DNA of 62,875 nucleotides, filler included. It is 6 parts of 6 records of this genome, joined end to end, with 100 filler letters (N's around TTAATTAATTAA, not from the genome) between each part and the next. Parts side by side here need not be neighbours in the genome. Positions count along the whole stretch, not along the records: positions 22,382 to 48,162 come from SRR20825010_6066; 5 more parts are not named here. One strand, written 5' to 3'. Under the pieces are notes generated by a model. That model searched no databases. It was not told where the DNA came from and worked only from the letters and a program-made list of their open reading frames with translations. Numbering within the stretch: the stretch's first letter is position 1; each line of letters opens with the position of its first letter. Positions 29,308 to 38,351 of the stretch are shown here, piece by piece. A program made the position numbers and the translations under genes.

Positions 29308-30765
29308 TCAATTCTGATCGTCTGGGCCGAGGTGCCAGTCCATTGCGTCCTTCATGATGCTGGCGTTGATTTGAAGCATTTGTTGCTTCATCGCTTCAAC
29401 CCGCTCGGGTTGTTCCGCGGCCAGATTCTTTGTTTGGCCGGGATCATCTTTCAAGTTGTACAACTCAAAGTTGTGATACGTGCCATTCTTGATCGCAGGA
29501 ATCCATTTTTCTTCGAACAGGTTTTTGTTCGACATCTCGTAATCACGAAAGCCAACGAGCGAATAGTCGCCATCTCGCATCGCAACGATGGGTTGTGAGC
29601 GTTGTAGATGCCAGAACAAAGGTTGGTGGCGCTCGAAGGAATCGGCGTGCCCGGTCAAAAGCGGCGTAAGGTCGCTGCCGTCCAAGTGAACCTGGGGTGG
29701 TGAGATCTTCAGCAACCCGCAGATCGTGGGCAGCACATCGACCAAACCGGCCGGCTCGTTCGAGACAACTCCCGCGGGGATGTGACCAGGCCAGTGGAAA
29801 ATCCCTGGCACGCGAATTCCGCCTTCCCAGTTGGCTCCCTTTCGTCCGCGGAGATTGCCGACACGATCGGTTCGATAGCTGCCATTGTCCGATGCGTAGA
29901 CGATCAGTGTGTTTTCGCGAACACCCAACGCATCCAATTTCTCGAGCAGCCGTTTGATTGCTTGGTCGGTGTTGTCGATGGTGCCGGAATAGACCGCACC
30001 TTTGTCGCTCAACTTCCCGTATTTTTGCGTGACCTCATCGGGTGCCGCGATTGGTGCGTGCGGTTCGTGAAACCAAACATTCAAAAAGAACGGCTGGTCG
30101 GGATCCGATTCACGATGGCGGTCCATCCATCGGATGGCTTCATCCGCAACGAGTTGGCAGGAGTAGCCTTCGAGTTGACCGACCGGTTCACCATTGCGAA
30201 TGAAGTTGTCCGGGTTGCGGTGGCTGGGTTGAGCATTGTTCCATGTGGCAAACCAATGGTCGAACCCGTGTTGATCGGGGGTCGGTTTGTCGCGTTCTTC
30301 CGTTGGCAGCCCCAAGTGCCATTTGCCAACGTGTGCGGTCGCGTATCCGGCGTCTCGAAGGACTTCCGCCAGCGTGACTTCTCGCAAACGCAGGTGCGAG
30401 TTTTGAGACTCGTCCTGGATCCAGCTGTAAACACCAGCACGAATGTGATGGCGACCGGTCATCAGCGTGGCACGCGAGGGTGAACAAACCGCGCAACCCG
30501 AATAGAACTGTTGAAAGCGGGTGCCGCCGGCAGCCAATTGATCAATCGTCGGTGTCTCGACGGGACCGCCGTAGCAGCCCACATCGCGATACCCCAGGTC
30601 ATCGGCCAGCAACATAACGACGTTCGGACGAAGTGTCTGAGCGTGTGTTTCGCCAGCGAGCTGACCGAATGTCAGCGTCGGAGTGATAAGCAGTAGAACA
30701 GTGCACCAAAACTGGTGGGGCGACCGGCGCGGTGATGTTTGAAGATGGGTAGGTTTGCTTGGCAT
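29308..30765 (-). CDS. formylglycine-dependent sulfatase
   Basis: RPNVVMLLADDLG, CSPSRATLMTG, GKWHLG, SDNG and EGGIRVP. Confidence 0.95.
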   Translation of the reverse strand: MPSKPTHLQTSPRRSPHQFWCTVLLLITPTLTFGQLAGETHAQTLRPNVVMLLADDLGYRDVGCYGGPVETPTIDQLAAGGTRFQQFYSGCAVCSPSRATLMTGRHHIRAGVYSWIQDESQNSHLRLREVTLAEVLRDAGYATAHVGKWHLGLPTEERDKPTPDQHGFDHWFATWNNAQPSHRNPDNFIRNGEPVGQLEGYSCQLVADEAIRWMDRHRESDPDQPFFLNVWFHEPHAPIAAPDEVTQKYGKLSDKGAVYSGTIDNTDQAIKRLLEKLDALGVRENTLIVYASDNGSYRTDRVGNLRGRKGANWEGGIRVPGIFHWPGHIPAGVVSNEPAGLVDVLPTICGLLKISPPQVHLDGSDLTPLLTGHADSFERHQPLFWHLQRSQPIVAMRDGDYSLVGFRDYEMSNKNLFEEKWIPAIKNGTYHNFELYNLKDDPGQTKNLAAEQPERVEAMKQQMLQINASIMKDAMDWHLGPDDQN

Positions 30766-30990
30766 GGCAATTGGGCGGGCTAGGAGGAAGGCGGGGACGC
30801 GGCAACTTGTGGTGTGCCAAGTGGGGTAGACCGACGCATTTTAAACGAAGTGACCGCGACGCATCGGGCGTTCGTGGAATGGGGACGTTTGGCGTGCCAT
30901 GCATGCTTGGGACAAAGCATCCGTATCAGGAGCGAGCACGCAAATGGTTGACGTGAGATGGGTTGGGCGAAATCCAACTGAATTTGGCTT

Positions 30991-33900
30991 GTGTGTGGGC
31001 AATCGGCTTTCGTAGGGTCGCGGCAGGATCGCGCAATTCGTTTTGCGTTGGTCTGTGAAGTCGTTCCTCCCGCATTTCCCGCTCGAGCTGATACCCGCTT
31101 GGCTGATCGGTTCCAACCTTTCGACACATTGCCTCGTCCTTCGCGTGAAACACATTCACCGGAGGCGAGGTTGGCTGCTGCGCCATGTCGACTGAATCGA
31201 ACGGCTCTCACCGCTTGGATTGGTGCGGTGATTTGCGTGTTGTTGAGTCTTTCACCGGCGTCAGCCCAACAATCTGTGGAACCTTCGGTGTACGAAGTCA
31301 CCGATGTTTCACAGACGTTGCAGTTGTCCGGCGATGTTGTGAATCGTTGGCATCAAGGTGACCGAGAATTCACGCTGGTACGCGGCAACGTCGAACTGAA
31401 ATTCGAAGGCAAGCGATACGAGGCAGCTTCCATCTTCGTCGCGTTGTCCGGCAAGCAAAAAGAATTGACGGCCAGCCTATTGATGGATCGCGTGACGTTG
31501 GGGCCGGGCCAGACAACCACTCAGCCGATCGTGCGGACCGTCAAATTGGAGTCGGTGCCGATCGTCAGAGCCGAACAGTACCGCGGACGCGCCGAAATTT
31601 TACCGGCTTGGTGGGCAAAGATGGGCATCCGTCCGGATACACCCAGCCAAGTCGCACCGCCCAACCAACTTGCACAGCCCAGCCAGCTCGGTTCAGGATC
31701 GCCCTCGCCAGATTCTCAGTACATCCAACCCGTTCAGTATCTCGAACCGGTGATGGGCGAACCCAATTTGCCGTCCGGCGGCTTGGTGCTCGATCCTCCC
31801 GTGGTTTCCAACCAGCCACCTCCGGTTCAAAGCTTTCAGCCTCCAGTGATGGAGACGTCCCCTTCTGTGACCACGATGCCAAGCATCACAGGTATCGGGG
31901 GATCGCCTTTTATCGTCGCAGGTGGAACGAGAGCGATCAGCATCACGTCACGCGGTTCGAATACACCCGCGGATCTGCAATACATCAATCGTCCCGGAAC
32001 AAACGAATCGGTAGCGATTGGTCGTGGCGGGATCACCGTGACCGTCCAAGACGTTTCGGCTCGTTTGCCCAGCGGCGAAATCATGCCACTTGGCACGGTG
32101 TCATTGTCGGCCAACAGGATCGTCGCCTGGATGCCTCGATTGAGTGATGTCTTTCAAGGGCTCCAGGATTTCAAATCCAACGATGGCGAGATTTATCTCG
32201 AAGGCGACATCGTGTTTCAACAAGGTGACAGGGTCATCTATGCCGAATCGATGTACTACAACGTCACTCGAGAAGTCGGCATGGTGTTGGATGCGGAGAC
32301 GATCACAACGATTCCTGAATACGCGGGTACGGTGCGATTGAAAGCGGAGGTGATGCAGCAAATCAATCGCGGCAACTTCACCGCCATCGACGCGGCAGTC
32401 ACCAGCAGCCGAATGGGCGTTCCTCGTTATTGGTTGCAAAGCAATCGTTTGGAACTGACCCAGCGATCCACGGTGCGTGCGGATCCGATCACGGGACAAC
32501 CGATCGCAGACAGCGAACCGATCATCACCAGTGGCGGCAACTTTGTTTATCTGGGCGGTGTGCCCGTGCTGGCTTGGCCGAGGTTCACGACGCCGCTTCG
32601 AAAGCCGACGTTTTATTTGACCGGTGCGGATGTACGGAACGACGACATCTTTGGCTCACAGGTGTTGTTGGAATGGGATTTGTTTCAACTGCTTGGATTT
32701 ACCAATCCGCCCGACGGCGTCGAAACAATTTTGCTCACTGATTACTTGAGCGAACGCGGTCCCGCCGTGGGGACTCGAACGACTTACGCGTTGCCGAGTT
32801 TGTTTGGATTCGGCGGACCGGCATCGGGAACTTACGACAGCTACATCATCAAGGACGACGGGTTGGATGTCCTGGGACAAGGTCGTCGCGATTTGCAACC
32901 CGAAGAAACCTACCGAGGACGAGCGACGTTGCAGCATCGACATCACTTGCCCGGCGATTGGGAATTCATCGCCGAGGTGGGCTATTTGAGCGATCGCAAC
33001 TTCCTGGAACAGTACTTCGAATCCGAGTGGGATCAGGACGCTGATCATCGGACTGGATTGCGATTCCGCAAGTACGCCGGTTCGCAGATGTTGGACATTG
33101 CGGCCAACTTCCAGGTCAACGATTTCTTCATGGAAACCGAAGAACTGCCCACGATCGAGCATTACGCTTTGGGTGGATCGATTTTCGCGGACACACTGAC
33201 GTGGTCGATGCACAATGAGATCGGATACAAGCATTTGCAGGTCGCTGATGTTCCCGAGGACCCAGTGATTGCGGCGGGCACGTACACGCTGCCGGGTGAA
33301 CTGGACCGCGAAGGTGTGGTGACACGAACACGGCAGGAAATTTCGGCACCGATCAACGCTGGTCCCGTGAAAGTGATTCCGTTTGCAATTGGTGAGGCGG
33401 CTCACTACGGCGAAGGAGCCAACGGCGACGACGTGACACGGTTGTGGGGCGGCGGCGGTCTGCGTTTGAACTTGCCCATGTCGCGAGTCGATCCAACGAT
33501 CCAAAGTTCACTACTGAATATTCGCGGATTGGCTCACAAAATCGATTGGTCGGCAGAGTATTTCTATGCTGACAGCGACACGGACATCGATGAGCTGCCC
33601 TACTACGATCCGCTGGATGACAACGCTCAGGAAGAGTTTCGACGCGTGTTCACGGGGACGTTGTTCGGGGGCACCCTGCCGCCGGAGTTTGACCCAAGAA
33701 ACTATGCGTTCCGTCAGGGGATCCAGCGCAACGTGACCAGTCCCAGCGACACGGTTGCCGACGACCTGCAGCAATTGCGTTTGGGAATGAAGCATCGTTT
33801 CCAAACAAAACGCGGGTTGCCAGGACGCGAGCGGATTGTCGATCTGTTCCGGTTCGACATGGAAACGATTTTGTATCCTAAGGAAGACCGCGACAACTTT

Positions 33901-34371
33901 GGCGAGACACTTGGCCCAACGATGTTTGACGCTCAGTACAACATTGGCGATCGCTTCACGTTGCTAAGCGATGGCTACATCGACTTCTTCGACAATGGCT
34001 TGCGTTCGATCAGTGCCGGGTTCCGCACTAGTCGACCTGGTCTGGGGGATTTGTATGTTGGCGTGCTGTCGATGGAAGGTCCGATTAGCAGCACGGTTCT
34101 GCGAACCAGTTTGGATTACCGTCTGAATCACAAATGGATCGTTTCAGCCGGAAACGTGTATGACTTTGGTGAGACTGGGAACGTCGGACAGACGCTCGGT
34201 TTGACCCGTGTCGGCGAATCTTTCTTGGTTCAATTGGCCGCCAACGTGGACGCGGGACGCGACAACACGAGCATTGGTTTCATGGTTGAACCACGCTTTT
34301 TGCCATCAACCCGGCTCGGTCGCTTGGGCGGTCAGTTGATTCCGCCGCCTGGCGTCGAAGGGTTGGAGTGA
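30991..34371 (+). CDS. LptD/OstA-like outer-membrane LPS assembly protein
   Basis: Signal-peptide-like segment ending ASA, OstA-like stretch (IYLEGDIVFQQGDRVIYAESMYYN), SDRNFLEQYF and a beta-strand-rich C-terminus; true start probably downstream of 30991. Confidence 0.7.
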   Translation: MCGQSAFVGSRQDRAIRFALVCEVVPPAFPARADTRLADRFQPFDTLPRPSRETHSPEARLAAAPCRLNRTALTAWIGAVICVLLSLSPASAQQSVEPSVYEVTDVSQTLQLSGDVVNRWHQGDREFTLVRGNVELKFEGKRYEAASIFVALSGKQKELTASLLMDRVTLGPGQTTTQPIVRTVKLESVPIVRAEQYRGRAEILPAWWAKMGIRPDTPSQVAPPNQLAQPSQLGSGSPSPDSQYIQPVQYLEPVMGEPNLPSGGLVLDPPVVSNQPPPVQSFQPPVMETSPSVTTMPSITGIGGSPFIVAGGTRAISITSRGSNTPADLQYINRPGTNESVAIGRGGITVTVQDVSARLPSGEIMPLGTVSLSANRIVAWMPRLSDVFQGLQDFKSNDGEIYLEGDIVFQQGDRVIYAESMYYNVTREVGMVLDAETITTIPEYAGTVRLKAEVMQQINRGNFTAIDAAVTSSRMGVPRYWLQSNRLELTQRSTVRADPITGQPIADSEPIITSGGNFVYLGGVPVLAWPRFTTPLRKPTFYLTGADVRNDDIFGSQVLLEWDLFQLLGFTNPPDGVETILLTDYLSERGPAVGTRTTYALPSLFGFGGPASGTYDSYIIKDDGLDVLGQGRRDLQPEETYRGRATLQHRHHLPGDWEFIAEVGYLSDRNFLEQYFESEWDQDADHRTGLRFRKYAGSQMLDIAANFQVNDFFMETEELPTIEHYALGGSIFADTLTWSMHNEIGYKHLQVADVPEDPVIAAGTYTLPGELDREGVVTRTRQEISAPINAGPVKVIPFAIGEAAHYGEGANGDDVTRLWGGGGLRLNLPMSRVDPTIQSSLLNIRGLAHKIDWSAEYFYADSDTDIDELPYYDPLDDNAQEEFRRVFTGTLFGGTLPPEFDPRNYAFRQGIQRNVTSPSDTVADDLQQLRLGMKHRFQTKRGLPGRERIVDLFRFDMETILYPKEDRDNFGETLGPTMFDAQYNIGDRFTLLSDGYIDFFDNGLRSISAGFRTSRPGLGDLYVGVLSMEGPISSTVLRTSLDYRLNHKWIVSAGNVYDFGETGNVGQTLGLTRVGESFLVQLAANVDAGRDNTSIGFMVEPRFLPSTRLGRLGGQLIPPPGVEGLE

Positions 34372-34748
34372 TGGCTCCGAAACCGGGATCTTGGGCCGCG
34401 AAATTTCGTTGTGCCACGCTCGGGGTTTGGTTCGCGTTTGGTGGACAAAGCAGCTTCTGGGTTCATCTGCCAGTCACCGCGGCGGTGATCGCCATTGCCG
34501 CTTGGCTACATTTGGAGCCGGTTCAATGGGCCGTTTTGATTCTCGCGATCGGCGGCGTGATGACAGCGGAGTTGCTCAACACGTCGATTGAGTTGCTGGT
34601 CTCGGTTTTGCACCCGCAGCATCACCCACGAATCGGACAGGCACTCGATATCGCAGCGGGGGCTGTTTTGGTGATGAGCCTGGCTGCTGCAGCCGTCGGA
34701 TTGATCGTGTTGCTGCCGCCGCTATACGGCCGCTTGTTCGGTGTCTGA
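34368..34748 (+). CDS. DgkA family kinase (diacylglycerol/undecaprenol kinase-like)
   Basis: Three TMs, AELLNTSIE and DIAAGAVL; overlaps the stop of the LptD-like gene. Confidence 0.8.
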   Translation: MMAPKPGSWAAKFRCATLGVWFAFGGQSSFWVHLPVTAAVIAIAAWLHLEPVQWAVLILAIGGVMTAELLNTSIELLVSVLHPQHHPRIGQALDIAAGAVLVMSLAAAAVGLIVLLPPLYGRLFGV

Positions 34749-35765
34749 ATCGCTCGTGCTGGCTTCTTCGAGACTCTCTTGGACTTCGCGGCCGGCGGTC
34801 CAGTAAAAGATCGTCCCGATGATCGCCATCACGACTTTGACCAGTTCAAACGCCAAGGCGACCAAGGTTCCTGATGCGTCCGTCGTTGTCGCGGGAACGA
34901 TGTGGTACAGCGTTTCGATGGTCACTTCCAAGACACCGACACCGGCGGGAGTCAGCGGCAATGCCGACATCAGCATGCCGATTGGGACGATGACAAAGTG
35001 TTCGGCCAACGTTGGCGGCAGGTCGTACATCGAGACCGCAATCAGATACATGCTGATCACAAGCAGTCCTTGTACGACAACACTCATCACGAGCGACGAT
35101 GCGAACGCCCAGGGGTGATGATGGAACATCCGTAGCGGCGGGCCGACGTGCTTGATCAGCGAACCGACCATGGGCAGCTTCTCGCCACGTTGCAGCAGCG
35201 TGTCGACGAACTTGCCGCCGAAGACCAGCATCGCCAGGATGGCCGAGCCGACCGACAGCAACACGATGGTGATGACCTTGATGTCATCGATTGTGATGCC
35301 ATTGAATTCGAACGGGTCTTGTGACTGATGAATCAGCAGGCCACCGGAGACGAGCAACAGCAATCCGTACAAGCCGGCACCCCGGTCAACGACTACGGAG
35401 GCGACGGCGGCAATGCGTTTTCCCGGTGAACGTCTGGCGAGGAACACCGCCTTGAATAGGTCTCCGCCCACGCTGCCGGCCGAGACAAAACTCAGCAGAA
35501 AGCAAATCGAACTCAAACGCATCGCTTCCAATAGGCTGAGCGGGATACCTTGGCAGCGAACCAGAACCCACCAACGAACAAACGAAACCAGCAGTGCGCA
35601 AATCGCAACCGCGAGCGCACCAACCAACAAAGGCATGTTGATGGATCGGGCCGTCAGGTCATCCCACTGAGCAGGTTCGATGCGGCTGAGCAGAAACCAA
35701 ATGATGGCGACTGGAACCGCGAATTTGACCAGGATGATCGCGTAGCGTTGAAAGTGTTCGGGCAT
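34722..35765 (-). CDS. lysylphosphatidylglycerol synthase TM-domain (UPF0104) flippase-like protein
   Basis: RWWVL, GSVGGDLFKA, VVVDR and LPLTPAGVGVLE. Confidence 0.85.
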   Translation of the reverse strand: MPEHFQRYAIILVKFAVPVAIIWFLLSRIEPAQWDDLTARSINMPLLVGALAVAICALLVSFVRWWVLVRCQGIPLSLLEAMRLSSICFLLSFVSAGSVGGDLFKAVFLARRSPGKRIAAVASVVVDRGAGLYGLLLLVSGGLLIHQSQDPFEFNGITIDDIKVITIVLLSVGSAILAMLVFGGKFVDTLLQRGEKLPMVGSLIKHVGPPLRMFHHHPWAFASSLVMSVVVQGLLVISMYLIAVSMYDLPPTLAEHFVIVPIGMLMSALPLTPAGVGVLEVTIETLYHIVPATTTDASGTLVALAFELVKVVMAIIGTIFYWTAGREVQESLEEASTSDSDTEQAAV

Positions 35766-35818
35766 GCCGGCAAGAATAATTCGAGGTGAACGCTTCGGAT
35801 AGGCGATGCGTTCTCGTT

Positions 35819-37489
35819 TCAGGAATGCCCGGGAGTGTTCTGCAAATCTTGGTCGGAGATCGCTGTTTTCGAAGTCGATGGATGCCTGTCATCGACTTGA
35901 TCAGAATCGCCAGTTCCATTTGGAGTTTCGGGGTGATCGGCGACCGCATAGACGGCCAACGCGGTGGTTTTGCCTTCGACCATCTGCTCGGGCAATGCGG
36001 TCGCGGGAAAGGACTCCGGCAACGTCGCTCGCGTGCACTGCGTGATCAGCAGGGAGTGGCCCAGCGGCTTGGTCAGCGATTCGACTCGCGAGGCGATGTT
36101 CACCGTGTCGCCAATCGCGGTGTATTCTTGGCGTTTGGGGGAACCGATGCAGCCCACCACGGCCGGCCCGGTGTTGATGCCAATTCCAATTGCGAAATCT
36201 TCCCAACCGGCATCTTGCATCATGGTTTTCTTGTTCGCCATCGACGCCGCCAGTTCTTGGCCCGCCGCGACTGCTTTGGCGCCGTGATCGATGGCACTGC
36301 CGCCGACACCGAAGATCGCCATGAAGCCATCGCCCAAGAACTTGTTCACCATGCCGCCATGAGATTCGATGACTTCCACCGCTTCTTGGAAAAACACGTT
36401 CAGTGCTTGAACGACTTGCGTCGGTGAGAGCTTGGATGATTGACGCGTGAAGTTGCGGACGTCGACGAACATCACCGAGATGACTTGTTCGCTGCCGTTG
36501 AGGCCATCGCTTTGGTTCATGATCTGTTTGGCGGCCTCACGACCGACATGACGACCAAATGTTTCCTGCAGTTTCTGGCGATGCTGCAATCCGTCGACCA
36601 TCCGGTTGAATCGTTCGATCAAGTGCCCAAAGTCGTCGCTGCGAAGAAGCTTCACGCGGACGTCCAGGTTCCCTCGAGCGACGCTGGATGCCGCGCGTTG
36701 CAACTGCATCACCGGAGCGGTGACCCATCGGCCGAGCATCCAACTGGTGATCAGCCCAAACGCGATCGCAACAATTCCGACGGTGACGCCAAACATTGGT
36801 GACAAGTTGGCTGCGTCGGGCACGATCAACAGCATCACCAACGAGATCACGGGACAGACAACCGCGGAGAAAGCCCACAGGATTCCGCGGGCCCGAATGC
36901 TGAGCGGAACCGCACCGGGAACGTTGGCTGGATTGCTGTCTTGGAAGAAGACGGGAAATAGTGTGGCTTGTGCGGTGAGTTCGACGGCGAAAAAACTCTG
37001 CGTGACCGCGATCAGGGACGCGATCACAAACGAGGTGATCAAGTGCCAAACGACCAACCCAGACAAGGGTTCGCCCGCGGATGCGATTGCGAGTGGGAAA
37101 ATTGGGATGCAGGACAGCCACCCGATCGCGGCGACCAACAAAAACCACCACGGCAAATGAATCACTCGTCGACGTGCGGCGGCGAGGGTTTCTGGGGCGA
37201 CTGGTTGATGATCCAAAAGAGCCCGGTGGACTCGACGCAGTTGCCAGAGTGGAACGACGTAACAGGCGATCGCCACCGGATACACGAACAGGTTAAAAAC
37301 CTGCCAGCAGGCATGAAATCGGTCCATTTGAGCCGGCGACAGCAGCGGCTGAATCTGCGTTTGGTTGTAGAGAATGTTGAAGACGCTGCCGATCACATTC
37401 GCGACGATCGGCGAGACCCCGACGAGAAACATCGCGTGACGTTGAGCCCAGGTCCAGCGGCGAGGCGATTCGGCGGGTGGCGGCGGCAT
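35819..37489 (-). CDS. membrane class III adenylate cyclase with HAMP domain
   Basis: About six TMs, HAMP (DDFGHLIERFNRM), FVDVRNFT, NKFLGDG and YTAIGDTVNIASR. Confidence 0.92.
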   Translation of the reverse strand: MPPPPAESPRRWTWAQRHAMFLVGVSPIVANVIGSVFNILYNQTQIQPLLSPAQMDRFHACWQVFNLFVYPVAIACYVVPLWQLRRVHRALLDHQPVAPETLAAARRRVIHLPWWFLLVAAIGWLSCIPIFPLAIASAGEPLSGLVVWHLITSFVIASLIAVTQSFFAVELTAQATLFPVFFQDSNPANVPGAVPLSIRARGILWAFSAVVCPVISLVMLLIVPDAANLSPMFGVTVGIVAIAFGLITSWMLGRWVTAPVMQLQRAASSVARGNLDVRVKLLRSDDFGHLIERFNRMVDGLQHRQKLQETFGRHVGREAAKQIMNQSDGLNGSEQVISVMFVDVRNFTRQSSKLSPTQVVQALNVFFQEAVEVIESHGGMVNKFLGDGFMAIFGVGGSAIDHGAKAVAAGQELAASMANKKTMMQDAGWEDFAIGIGINTGPAVVGCIGSPKRQEYTAIGDTVNIASRVESLTKPLGHSLLITQCTRATLPESFPATALPEQMVEGKTTALAVYAVADHPETPNGTGDSDQVDDRHPSTSKTAISDQDLQNTPGHS

Positions 37490-37661
37490 CGGGCGTTTCA
37501 ACGCGAAATGGACGGGCAATCTGAGCGGGTTGCTGGTGGACGTCGGCAGTGTAGCGTTTCTTTGCCAGCCCCTCATAATTGGGTGCATGAATTGCTATGG
37601 TGGAGATCCTGAGATCGAATCCAATCGATTTCCTATCATTCGTCCTTCCACGAGGTGCTCC

Positions 37662-38261
37662 ATGTCCGTTTTGAATCGGTGTGTTCTCAATCGTTGTGTC
37701 GTCACTTTGGCCCTGCCAGCGTTCCTGTTCGTCGCCGTCGCATGTCAAACCAACGTTCAAGCTCAAGACGCCGCCACGGCGAAACCTGTCACGGTGGATG
37801 TCTTCGGTGCGGGATCATTGAAAGTGCCCGAATCGTTTAAGAAAACGACCCCTCGCAGCCGGATCATCGAGCACGAATTCGCGGTCAAAGAAGGTGAAGG
37901 CGACGATGCACCGTCAGCTCGCATCACGATGATGGCAGCGGGTGGAGACGTCAAAACCAACCTGGATCGATGGAAGAATCAATTCAGCGGCTCGAACAAG
38001 AAAGTCGCTGAGACCGAAGTGAAGAAGGAAGGTGATTGGGAAACGCACGTGATCGAAGTTTCGGGCACCTTCACCGAAACCATGGGCGGCGGACCGTTCT
38101 CTAGCGGACGAAAGGTCCAACGCGAAAATTACAAGATGATGGGGGCGATCTTGGTGCACCCAGACAGTCGCAAGTTCTTCGTGAAGATGTATGGCCCGAT
38201 CGCTTTGATCGAATCGAACCGCGATCTTTTTAAGGAAATGATTGCTTCGATTGACGAGTGA
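37662..38261 (+). CDS. exported protein of unknown function
   Basis: GAGGTG RBS; hydrophobic signal peptide; GGDVKTNLDRWKNQF motif. Confidence 0.75.
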   Translation: MSVLNRCVLNRCVVTLALPAFLFVAVACQTNVQAQDAATAKPVTVDVFGAGSLKVPESFKKTTPRSRIIEHEFAVKEGEGDDAPSARITMMAAGGDVKTNLDRWKNQFSGSNKKVAETEVKKEGDWETHVIEVSGTFTETMGGGPFSSGRKVQRENYKMMGAILVHPDSRKFFVKMYGPIALIESNRDLFKEMIASIDE

Positions 38262-38351
38262 AAACGTTTGACTTGACGTGTCGTTCTTGATCGCAGCGAC
38301 ACTTTTGAAACACCCCGGCTCTTTTGGTCGTTCCTTTCGGACATTGATCCT

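Noticed and set aside
28571..29317. 248-aa plus-strand ORF
   Set aside because: Alternative frame over the PH-domain gene with Arg/Ser-rich, non-protein-like composition.
30801..30910. TGGCAC-containing sequences as sigma54 promoters for the sulfatase
   Set aside because: Spacing to the downstream TTGC/GC does not fit the strict -24/-12 geometry.
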